DNA of 64,000 nucleotides, from contig OZ246395.1 in NCBI GenBank assembly GCA_965230915.1, positions 76,019 to 140,018 of the forward strand, written 5' to 3'. Under the pieces are notes generated by a model. It did not search any database and was not told the DNA's origin. It saw only the letters and a list, made by a program, of their open reading frames with translations. Shown one piece after another: positions 9,265 to 17,914 of the stretch. Position 1 is the first letter of the stretch. Every line of letters starts with the position of its first letter. Source of the DNA: an uncultured Candidatus Saccharibacteria bacterium (GTDB lineage: Bacteria; Patescibacteriota; WWE3; 2-01-FULL-39-13). A program made the translations under genes and the position numbers.

Positions 9265-9803
9265 CGTTTTAACTCCAAATGAAGAGAAATACTGTACTCA
9301 CCTGTGGCGGAATCAAATTGGCTTGCTTGTAAAACAATGCTTTGAATATTGGAATCTGCAAGTAATACTCCAATAAAAGCCTGAAAGGATTGCGAGCTTT
9401 TAGTATTAGCCGAAAGTTCTATCGTGTTATCGATAAATTTCACATTTTCTAGAACTAATTCGCTTGGAATTTTCTTGTTGAAATCGTTTAGGCGGGTTTC
9501 CCAATCAACCTGTTTTTCAATAATTGGTTTTATTAGTCCAAGTTTTTCCTGGTTTTCGATGTATCTTTTTTCTGTTGCCGACAGGCTTTCTACAATGGCT
9601 TCGTTTTTTTCGATTTCGGTAGTTATATTTCGAATGTCACTATCGAATTTGAATCTGGAAAGAAAAACTAAGAGGACAATTGCTTGTGTAATGATTACGA
9701 TGCGTTTTCCATTCTTGATTACCCACTGAAAAATCTGATCCTTTACAGACGGATTTGTTTTTGGAGCGTTGGGAATAAAGTTTATTTCACTACTAGCTGG
9801 CAT
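9261..9803 (-). CDS. type IV pilus assembly PilN-like protein
   Basis: Short cytoplasmic N-terminus (INFIPNAP…), a TM helix and a periplasmic coiled coil. Paired with the PilO-like gene. Confidence 0.4.
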   Translation of the reverse strand: MPASSEINFIPNAPKTNPSVKDQIFQWVIKNGKRIVIITQAIVLLVFLSRFKFDSDIRNITTEIEKNEAIVESLSATEKRYIENQEKLGLIKPIIEKQVDWETRLNDFNKKIPSELVLENVKFIDNTIELSANTKSSQSFQAFIGVLLADSNIQSIVLQASQFDSATGEYSISLHLELKR

Positions 9804-9976
9804 TGACTAAAGTTTATAATACATTTTTGCTTTCTCAAAATAGCTATATTTCAGGTAAAATATCCCAGTATATGGTCTCTTGATGACAAGTGCGGTGCAC
9901 TTGCTATCTATACCATTAAGAAACTCTATGATGAAAAACTTAAAGTATTTATTGAACTTTCATCAAGAGCAGCTAT

Positions 9977-11761
9977 ATGAATCCTGATAAAATTCGAAAC
10001 TTTTGCATAATTGCCCACATAGATCATGGGAAGTCCACGTTGGCTGATCGCTTCATTGAAATTAGCGGGTCAGTTCGTAAAGAGAAAATGGGTGAGCAGA
10101 TGCTCGATTCTATGGATCTTGAACGTGAACGTGGAATCACCATTAAACTAAAGGCCATTCGTATGGCTTATTCATTAGGTGGTGAAGAGTATGAATTGAA
10201 TTTGATTGATACTCCCGGGCATGTTGATTTTGGATATGAAGTTTCAAGATCTTTGGCTGCTTGTGAAGGAGCTTTGCTACTAGTTGATGCGAGCCAAGGG
10301 GTTCAGGCTCAAACTTTGGTAAACCTAGAAAAGGCGAAAGAACACGGCTTAAGAATTATTCCAGTTGTTAATAAAATTGATTTACCATCGGCTTCTCCTG
10401 AAGAGGCTGCTTTACAGTTAATTGATTTAGGCTTTGAAGAAGATGATATTTGTTATACATCTGGTAAAACCGGCAAAGGGGTTACTGATTTAATTGAGAA
10501 AATTATAAAAAAGGTCCCGGCGCCTAAAGTTGAAGATGCCGATATTTCAAAAGCGCTTGTTTTTGACTCGGCATATGACGATTATCGTGGAGTTGTAGCG
10601 TTTGTTCGTGTATTTAGTGGAAGTTTTAAAATAAACCAGCCTATTAAGTTTGTAGCAACTGGAGCAACCGCAAATATTATTGAGATGGGATATTTGTCTC
10701 CTACCGAAGTTCGCGGCCAAGATTTAACAGCTGGTGAAGTAGGTTTTGTTGCAACAGGATTAAAGGATATCGCACAGGCACGAGTTGGAGACACTTTAAC
10801 TTTGGCTGCACAAAATCCGAAACCGATTCCTGGTTATAAGGAGCCTATGCCCGTTGTGTTTTTGAGCTTTTATCCGGCTGACTCTTCTGATTACTTGGGA
10901 CTTCGTGAAGCTATGGATCGTTTAGCTTTAAATGATGCAGCTTTTACCTTTGAACCTGAAAGTATCGGATCTATCGGGAAAGGTTTTCGTTGTGGTTTTT
11001 TAGGCCTTTTACATTCAGACATTATGCGCGAGAGAATCGAGCGCGAATTTAATATTGGTTTAATTACAACTTCTCCGTCGGTTAAATATAAAATTACTTT
11101 GACCAATGGTGAACAGATTGAAATTAAATCTGCCGCTGAATTTCCCGAGGTTACTACTATAAGGGAAGTTTCAGAACCTTGGGCCGCATTAGATATTTAT
11201 GTCACTTCTGAGTACTTAAGTGCGACTATGGATTTGTGCAAAAAACGTAGAGCTGTCTATTTAGGTACGACACAAATAGATGGTTTACGCTATAAAATTT
11301 CTTATGAGATTCCTTTAATAGAATTGATAATAGATTTTTATGATAAGTTAAAAAGTATTTCATCCGGATATGCTTCAATTGATTACAAGTTAATCGATTA
11401 CCGTGTTTCTGACGTTGTTAAGCTCGACATTTTGATCGCTGGAGATGTGATTCATCCGTTAGCCCAATTGGTTCAGCGAAGTAGCGCGTCAGACGAAGGC
11501 AAGCGTATAGTCGAAAAATTAAAGGATTTGATTCCACGTCAACAATTTAATGTGTCTTTACAGGCTGCTATTAATGAAAAGATCGTTGCCCGTGAAGATA
11601 TTGCTCAGGTTAGAAAAGATGTTACCGGCTATTTGTATGGTGGAGACATTACCCGAAGAAATAAACTTTTAGATAAACAGAAAAAAGGTAAGGCTCGTAT
11701 GAAGCGTTTTGGAAAGGTAGATGTTCCTCAAGATGTGTTCTGGAAAGTAATGGAGCGGTAA
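9977..11761 (+). CDS. lepA: elongation factor 4 (LepA)
   Basis: GTPase G1 motif AHIDHGKSTLADR, DTPGHVDF, NKIDL. Length of 594 aa and the LepA-specific C-terminus. Confidence 0.95.
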   Translation: MNPDKIRNFCIIAHIDHGKSTLADRFIEISGSVRKEKMGEQMLDSMDLERERGITIKLKAIRMAYSLGGEEYELNLIDTPGHVDFGYEVSRSLAACEGALLLVDASQGVQAQTLVNLEKAKEHGLRIIPVVNKIDLPSASPEEAALQLIDLGFEEDDICYTSGKTGKGVTDLIEKIIKKVPAPKVEDADISKALVFDSAYDDYRGVVAFVRVFSGSFKINQPIKFVATGATANIIEMGYLSPTEVRGQDLTAGEVGFVATGLKDIAQARVGDTLTLAAQNPKPIPGYKEPMPVVFLSFYPADSSDYLGLREAMDRLALNDAAFTFEPESIGSIGKGFRCGFLGLLHSDIMRERIEREFNIGLITTSPSVKYKITLTNGEQIEIKSAAEFPEVTTIREVSEPWAALDIYVTSEYLSATMDLCKKRRAVYLGTTQIDGLRYKISYEIPLIELIIDFYDKLKSISSGYASIDYKLIDYRVSDVVKLDILIAGDVIHPLAQLVQRSSASDEGKRIVEKLKDLIPRQQFNVSLQAAINEKIVAREDIAQVRKDVTGYLYGGDITRRNKLLDKQKKGKARMKRFGKVDVPQDVFWKVMER

Positions 11762-13272
11762 TGTTTAAGTCACATTCAATATTACTAACTACTTTAGTTC
11801 TCTTTTTAATATTCCTTCCGCAGTCATTATCAATTGATTTCATGCAAAATGATGATTGGAATCGTTATTACACCGTAAGCCAGTTCTTGTTAGGAAGGTT
11901 TAATTTACTCGAAGTTACCGCCACTACATTTTATACCCAAGGCTTTTTGGGAATGGCTTTCGCAAAGATCTTTTCGATAGAAAAATTGCCAATTTTAACC
12001 CTAGCTTTTGGGTGCTTAAATTTTTATATATTCGCTCGAATTTGTAATGAGTTTTTTAAACAGAATAAGTTGAGATCTATATTGGTTGCCTTGGTCTTCT
12101 TTTTTAACCCAATTCATTTTTATTCAATCTTCGGTTTTATGACTGAAGTTTATTTACTATTTTTTGTCTTACTATCCGTCTATTTTTATTACGCATTTTT
12201 AAGAAATAGCGAAAAATATCAGTTCGTTTTGGCTAATTTATTTTGGGTATGTGGATTTTTTGCGAAGCAGTGGGCGATTGTTTTTCCTGCCGCCATATCC
12301 GCTTATTTATTCTTAAATAAAAGATATAAATGGTTGGCTGCTCAAGTTTTAATTCTAATGTTAATTGTTGGTTACTATTTTCTTTTGTTTCCGGAAACTT
12401 ATGAAATGTCTGATACTAAAACCTTTGACTTCGGTAATTTTATGAAGCTGGAATATGTATATGTCCAGATTTATGCGTATCTAATTTATCTTATAGTTTT
12501 TGCACTGCCTTTTGTATTTAGTTTTCTGTTCTCGCAGCTAGTTTCAGTTAAATCCAAAGTTACAATTGCAACAATTGTGATTTTTTCTTTGGTGTTGGCT
12601 TTCTTCGGGAAATTTTTATTCGAAAAGATCGATTATGCTTGGCATAATTTTCCGTTGTATCCTAATGTTTTTACAGATAGGGGGTTCTTTCTAATTTTAA
12701 CTGAAGGAATTGTTCCCAAAAATCTGTATACCGACCTTATCAGATCTTATGATGAGATAGGTCTACTTTGTTTATCTTTATTGTTTTTAGTGCTTTTTGC
12801 CACTAAAAAAATTAAATTATCACTTTTGGGGTTTGAGTTAAATTCAATATTAATAGGTCTTTTGTTAATAATTGGAACTCCTGTCGTTTTCGATCGATAT
12901 CTGATTGTATTTGTTCCAATTATGATTTTGATGTTTTTAAAGTGGAATAACTATAAAATCAATTTATGGGTTTTGTGCGTTTATTTGCTTATTCAAAGTT
13001 TAATTTCTATTGATTTTGGGCTTGAATATATGAGCCGGCAAAAACAAATTTGGACTATGGCGACCGCTATTCGCAAAAACGAAAATATTCCGGAAAACAG
13101 AATAATGGCTGGCCATGCATGGGGTAAGTATTATCAGATTGATGCAAAAAATATAATTTATAAGTTTAAATATGCTGATGGGGTTAATCCTGAAACAGAA
13201 GAGGTTACAGGCAAAATAAATTCCAAAGGGATTTTTACTGGCATAGATATAGTGATTGTTAAAGCTAAATGA
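11761..13272 (+). CDS. GT-C fold glycosyltransferase (ArnT/PMT family-like), paralog 1
   Basis: Polytopic membrane protein. DD motif in the first extracytoplasmic loop (LSIDFMQNDDWNRYY). FAKQWAIVFPA motif shared with the downstream paralog. Confidence 0.5.
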   Translation: MFKSHSILLTTLVLFLIFLPQSLSIDFMQNDDWNRYYTVSQFLLGRFNLLEVTATTFYTQGFLGMAFAKIFSIEKLPILTLAFGCLNFYIFARICNEFFKQNKLRSILVALVFFFNPIHFYSIFGFMTEVYLLFFVLLSVYFYYAFLRNSEKYQFVLANLFWVCGFFAKQWAIVFPAAISAYLFLNKRYKWLAAQVLILMLIVGYYFLLFPETYEMSDTKTFDFGNFMKLEYVYVQIYAYLIYLIVFALPFVFSFLFSQLVSVKSKVTIATIVIFSLVLAFFGKFLFEKIDYAWHNFPLYPNVFTDRGFFLILTEGIVPKNLYTDLIRSYDEIGLLCLSLLFLVLFATKKIKLSLLGFELNSILIGLLLIIGTPVVFDRYLIVFVPIMILMFLKWNNYKINLWVLCVYLLIQSLISIDFGLEYMSRQKQIWTMATAIRKNENIPENRIMAGHAWGKYYQIDAKNIIYKFKYADGVNPETEEVTGKINSKGIFTGIDIVIVKAK

Positions 13273-14825
13273 ATATCCAAGATTTAAAGCGATATAAATA
13301 CATTTTTGCGACTACAATTGCTCTTTTTCTTATTTTTTTGCCCTTAGTGCTTTCGATCGATTTTTATCAAAATGATGATTTGGTCTATTACTCAAATGTA
13401 AATAGATTTTTGCACGGCGATTTAACACTTAGCTCTGAAGTTGCGCCTACTTTTTATGTGCAAGGACTTTTAGGTTTAGCTTTTGTGAAGTTTTTCAGTT
13501 TTGATCGGTTGCCTATTTTAACTTTTATTATCAGTTGTTTGAATTTTGGCACTCTATCGATCATTTCGTACAGATTTTTCAAACAAGATGTATGGAAATC
13601 AATCCTAATTGGATTATTGCTGTTTTTTAATCCAATTAGTTTTTATTCGATGTTGGGTTTTATGGGCGAAGCTTATCTCTTATTTTTTGCCCTTATCTCT
13701 CTTTATTTTTACTACTCATTTTTTGAGAATAAAAAGATTACACAGTTTATATTCGCAAATTTGTTTTGGATCCTTAGCTTTTTTGTTAAGCAATGGGCTA
13801 TTGTTATTCCATCAGCCTTTGTATTGCAGAAATTTTTTCAGAGAAAGTGGAATGAGATGGTTCCGCAGTTGTTTATATTAATTTTGGTCGTTAGCTATTA
13901 TTTCTTTGTCTTTCCAAGAACAAATGAAATGAAAGAGGTTAAGTTTTTTAGGTTGGACTTTTTTATTGCTGACAATTATATTTTTATATCAGCATATGTT
14001 CTTGCTATTTATTTATTGGTTTTTGCATTTCCTTTTGTTTTTAGTTTTATATATGAGCAAGCTAGACAGCTTTTTAATAAAAAAGATAAAACTCAGTTCT
14101 CATTTTTGGTTGTGTTCTCGCCTTTATTAGCGATATTCCTCGAGGTAGCATTTAGAAGAACTGGATATGTTTTTCAAACATTTCCATATTATGAAAATAT
14201 TTTCATGTCGACAGGTTTTCTTCCTCAGATTTATGTATTTGGAACCGAAGGGGTGCATCCAGATGGTGCTTATACAGCTTTAATTGAGTTCTTAGGCTGG
14301 ATAGGTTTAATTTGCTTGAGTATGTTGTTGCCGCTACTTTTTCTTACTAAGAAAATAAAGCGATCATTCTTGAGCTTTGAAGTGTTCGCAATTTTAGTTG
14401 GGCTTATTCTAATAATTGGAACTCCGATAATTTTCGATAGATATTTATTAATATTTATACCGATCGCGATATTCTTTTTTATCAAGCTAAATGATTATAA
14501 GGTGAATATTTATGCTGTTTCACTTTTTCTATTTGCGCAAGCTTTGATTTCAATTGATTTTGGTATTGAGTTTGTTAATAGGCAAAAATTGATTGAAGGT
14601 GTAATAGAATCAATGGATGTTAAAAGCGGAATCGATTACGATGAAATGTTAATTGGGAGATATTTACCCGATGTTTCAAAAGGTGAACCAGCTCATCCGA
14701 CATATTTAATAAAGTATTCACAGAATGTTAACCATGCGAAAGAAGAGGTCATTCATGAAATGCAATCGAAGGGAATTTTTACTCATTCAGAGATTTCGAT
14801 TATTAAACAAAAGCCCTCAGAATAA
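13269..14825 (+). CDS. GT-C fold glycosyltransferase (ArnT/PMT family-like), paralog 2
   Basis: Same architecture and motifs as the upstream gene (LSIDFYQNDD…, FVKQWAIVIPSA, C-terminal SKGIFT). 4-nt overlap with paralog 1. Confidence 0.5.
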   Translation: MNIQDLKRYKYIFATTIALFLIFLPLVLSIDFYQNDDLVYYSNVNRFLHGDLTLSSEVAPTFYVQGLLGLAFVKFFSFDRLPILTFIISCLNFGTLSIISYRFFKQDVWKSILIGLLLFFNPISFYSMLGFMGEAYLLFFALISLYFYYSFFENKKITQFIFANLFWILSFFVKQWAIVIPSAFVLQKFFQRKWNEMVPQLFILILVVSYYFFVFPRTNEMKEVKFFRLDFFIADNYIFISAYVLAIYLLVFAFPFVFSFIYEQARQLFNKKDKTQFSFLVVFSPLLAIFLEVAFRRTGYVFQTFPYYENIFMSTGFLPQIYVFGTEGVHPDGAYTALIEFLGWIGLICLSMLLPLLFLTKKIKRSFLSFEVFAILVGLILIIGTPIIFDRYLLIFIPIAIFFFIKLNDYKVNIYAVSLFLFAQALISIDFGIEFVNRQKLIEGVIESMDVKSGIDYDEMLIGRYLPDVSKGEPAHPTYLIKYSQNVNHAKEEVIHEMQSKGIFTHSEISIIKQKPSE

Positions 14826-14861
14826 AAACCAAAATTTGTAAACTCATGTTAAAATGTACGC

Positions 14862-15365
14862 ATGATTGAATTCACCTTAGAGACTGTATTAGCGATTGTG
14901 ATCGTTTTAATTACGGCAAACCTTCTGTTTATTGGTTTTTTTATCATCAGCGTTTTGCGCGAAGTCAAAAAAACTGTTACTCGAGCCGGAACGGTTATCG
15001 ATGAAGTTGATAGATCGGTAAAAGATGGAATTGAAAAAGCAAAGGCTATGAATGCTCCGCTTCAAGCTTTAGCGACAACTGCAACTGCATTTGGTGGAAT
15101 TATGAAAACTGGTGACGCTATCAAAAAAGCTACACAATCTATTTTAGGTGGGGGCAGTTCAGATGAAGCAGATGTAATCGAAGTAACCCCTGATGTTAAA
15201 GTTGTCGAAATAAAAGTAGAAGAGCCAAGAGCTAAACCTGCAAAACCAGCCGAAAAACAGTTTTCTATTGATACGGACGATTATCAATCAGAAGATTATG
15301 AGGTAAAGATTGAAACTGATAAGAAGAATACATATAAGAAACCACGATTTTTCAAAAAGCGCTAG
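14862..15365 (+). CDS. single-pass membrane protein, DUF948-like
   Basis: N-terminal TM helix followed by a helical K/E-rich region. Confidence 0.3.
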   Translation: MIEFTLETVLAIVIVLITANLLFIGFFIISVLREVKKTVTRAGTVIDEVDRSVKDGIEKAKAMNAPLQALATTATAFGGIMKTGDAIKKATQSILGGGSSDEADVIEVTPDVKVVEIKVEEPRAKPAKPAEKQFSIDTDDYQSEDYEVKIETDKKNTYKKPRFFKKR

Positions 15366-15452
15366 AAATTTCAGAAAATATCTATCGATCTAAAAAAAAT
15401 CACCAGCGGGGAATATGAGTTAAATATGCGGGAATCGTGATACACTCGAATC

Positions 15453-16493
15453 GTGTATAGCCCAAATTACCAGATAACTCCACAAATTCTAAAACACATA
15501 TCACAAATAGAAGCAGCTAAAGCTGTTATTAGCACTGCGCCACTTCTTCCACTTTATGAACGTCAATTTAAAACTGAAGCCGTTGCACGACGAGTACATT
15601 TTTCTACAGCAATCGAAGGAAATTACTTGCAGTTAAACGAAGTTCGTCAAATTATTAGCGGCAAAGATGAATTTGGAAATGAAACAATTGCCCGACAGCG
15701 CGATATTCAGGAAGTTATAAATTATCGTGATGTCGTTTCATTTATAGAAAAATCTTCTACGAAGCTAGATGAGTCTACGATCGCCACTATTCACAAAATG
15801 ATTTTAAAAAATATTATGGATGACCAGGCTGGTAAATATCGAACGCAACATGCGGTTACGGTTAACTATTCAACTGGCGAAAAGCTTGATTTATATGAGC
15901 CGGCAGAAAACATTCAAAATAAAGTGGACGAACTTTTAGCTTGGTACAATTCGGCCGACGACGAGGGCATTCACCCTGTAATTAAAGCTGCTTTGTTACA
16001 CCTAGAAATGGTGCGGATTCATCCTTTTGAAGAAGGAAATGGACGTTTGTCTCGAGCATTAACTACGCTTTCATTATCTGTCGACGGATACGATGTAAAT
16101 CACTTTTTTTGTTTAGACGAATATTATGATTCGAATGCTGGCGACTATTATGACCATTTAGGCAAGGGATTTAAAAATCCGACAGAATGGATCGAATATT
16201 TTTCGTTAGGAATGGCCATCGAATTTAATCGTGTCCGTGATAGGGTTTTGAAAATTTCAAAAGATGCGAAAGTAAAAGAAAGAACAGGAGGACAAATGTT
16301 CATTTCAGAGCGTCAGGAAAAAATTATAGAGTGGCTAAACAATTATACTATGTTCAAAAACAGTGATTTTGACCAGCTTTTTCCCGATTTGTCTGATGAT
16401 ACGGTTTTAAGAGAATTGAAAGAATTGATTGATAATGGAATTGTTAAGAAAAGCGGAAAGACTAAGAGTGCGTATTATGAATTCAAAAACTAA
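15453..16493 (+). CDS. Fic family protein (class II, with internal inhibitory helix)
   Basis: Fic motif HPFEEGNGRLSR. An upstream SxxxEG inhibitory motif (FSTAIEGN). A C-terminal wHTH-like region. Apparent GTG start. Confidence 0.8.
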   Translation: MYSPNYQITPQILKHISQIEAAKAVISTAPLLPLYERQFKTEAVARRVHFSTAIEGNYLQLNEVRQIISGKDEFGNETIARQRDIQEVINYRDVVSFIEKSSTKLDESTIATIHKMILKNIMDDQAGKYRTQHAVTVNYSTGEKLDLYEPAENIQNKVDELLAWYNSADDEGIHPVIKAALLHLEMVRIHPFEEGNGRLSRALTTLSLSVDGYDVNHFFCLDEYYDSNAGDYYDHLGKGFKNPTEWIEYFSLGMAIEFNRVRDRVLKISKDAKVKERTGGQMFISERQEKIIEWLNNYTMFKNSDFDQLFPDLSDDTVLRELKELIDNGIVKKSGKTKSAYYEFKN

Positions 16494-16524
16494 TAATTTT
16501 TGAATTTAGTAAAGATAAAAAAAG

Positions 16525-16598
16525 GGAGACTCTGTGTAGTTTGTCGGCGTAGCCGGGTTGCGAAATGCTTGTGGCATTTCTACTTTCACAGAATCTCC
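16525..16598 (-). terminator. intrinsic terminator for the minus-strand secreted-protein gene (also closes the Fic gene)
   Basis: Inverted repeat GGGAGACTCTGTG/CACAGAATCTCCC. On the minus strand it is followed by TTTTTTTAT. Confidence 0.5.
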
Positions 16599-16609
16599 CT
16601 GGGTGGAAC

Positions 16610-17128
16610 TCATTTCTTGTTGCAGAAATTTATTCTGACTGGAACAACGGTTGTTTCATCGGGCACAGACTCTGTAAATACGGGCCATGCATAGATTTGG
16701 ACCGGCGCTGATGCCAGCGGAATCCCAAACGACCCATAATACTCATCTTTCAGTTCGATGTTCTCGACGCCTGTACTCCATTGGTCAGACCGCCTTAAGG
16801 TAGATCCGCCCGAGTAGCCATGATAGACATTGAACTGTTCCGTCGAAGTGATAACAAATGAGGTATCGATTCCATTAACCTTGTTGACCGAGATATCAAA
16901 GGTATCCCCTTGAGCCAATGTGACTGGCGCCGACGCGTCGTATGTAACCTTTTTGTGCCTGGGAATGATTTTCCCGTTGACGGCTAAGTCCTCATACGAA
17001 ATATTCACCTTCGTGAATGTGACCGCCACATAGCATTTGTCGTTCCACTGAAAGATGATTGGTTCATTGACGTTTTGCTTGCCGCCTAAAACTACGGTTG
17101 CGATAAGCATCATCAAAATCTTAATCAT
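16610..17128 (-). CDS. small secreted protein, paralog A (unknown function)
   Basis: Signal peptide. Shares a TEQF…GY..L(R/K)RSD block with the neighbouring 164-aa protein. Lies in a segment that looks more GC-rich than its flanks. Confidence 0.5.
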   Translation of the reverse strand: MIKILMMLIATVVLGGKQNVNEPIIFQWNDKCYVAVTFTKVNISYEDLAVNGKIIPRHKKVTYDASAPVTLAQGDTFDISVNKVNGIDTSFVITSTEQFNVYHGYSGGSTLRRSDQWSTGVENIELKDEYYGSFGIPLASAPVQIYAWPVFTESVPDETTVVPVRINFCNKK

Positions 17129-17300
17129 TTGTAGTTCCTTTCAAACCTTAATGTGCGATTAAATAATTACTACGGTAAGCTATAAAAAACCCCAACATTT
17201 ATCTCTTTTACTTCTTGCCAACTCCTTATCGGAGAGAGATAGCCTGTTGGGAGGCTAGGCGATTAGCTAAATGCTAACTTCGGGCAAAAACTGTTTCAAA

Positions 17301-17795
17301 CTACCACTGCGGCGTGCAGACCTGAGGTTCAACATAAACCGATTCTGTGTGGCCGACTGATGCCATTGGGGTCAAAGTCATTGAGACTTGGCTCGATGCT
17401 TCGAGTTCGAAGTAGCCCATCTGACCCATATAAAGCCTGTATGCCTCGCTAGGCACATCGCTTTCGATGAACGGCTCGATCTTGTCAGACCGCTTTAAGG
17501 TGTACCCCCAGGCGTCTGTTTGCCTTAAGGCAAACTGTTCATCAGATCGTAGCCAGATTACAGGTGATACGAACTCGCGTTGCTCAACAGTGAGAAACGT
17601 GACGATATCGCCGTCTTCGAGAACGACTGTTTGGCCGTCCCAGAAGGTGGTAGTACCATCATTTTGTAATGTGGTTCCAGCCCTCATAGGGTAGCTGCGG
17701 CAGTCAAAGCTCTTCGGCTCGGTTGAGACCGGTGCTTGAACAGCATTGGCTAAGATAATCAAAATAGCCCACAGAATGTTTTCGAGGAACAACAT
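17301..17795 (-). CDS. small secreted protein, paralog B (unknown function)
   Basis: Signal peptide. A VEQREF…WGYTLKRSD block paralogous to the 172-aa neighbour. The segment looks GC-rich. Confidence 0.5.
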   Translation of the reverse strand: MLFLENILWAILIILANAVQAPVSTEPKSFDCRSYPMRAGTTLQNDGTTTFWDGQTVVLEDGDIVTFLTVEQREFVSPVIWLRSDEQFALRQTDAWGYTLKRSDKIEPFIESDVPSEAYRLYMGQMGYFELEASSQVSMTLTPMASVGHTESVYVEPQVCTPQW

Positions 17796-17914
17796 GGTTT
17801 TTTTGCCTTTCAGTGTGCGAAACGAACAATTTTCACATTCCTGCGAATTTGCAAGAATTGGCGTTATTATAAGCTATTTTGACAGGGAAGTCAATACTAT
17901 AGGTCTGGGGGCGC

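Noticed and set aside
16500-16694. 64-aa plus-strand ORF after the Fic gene
   Set aside because: It lies over the terminator hairpin and overlaps the 3' end of the minus-strand secreted-protein gene. Cys/Arg-rich nonsense composition.
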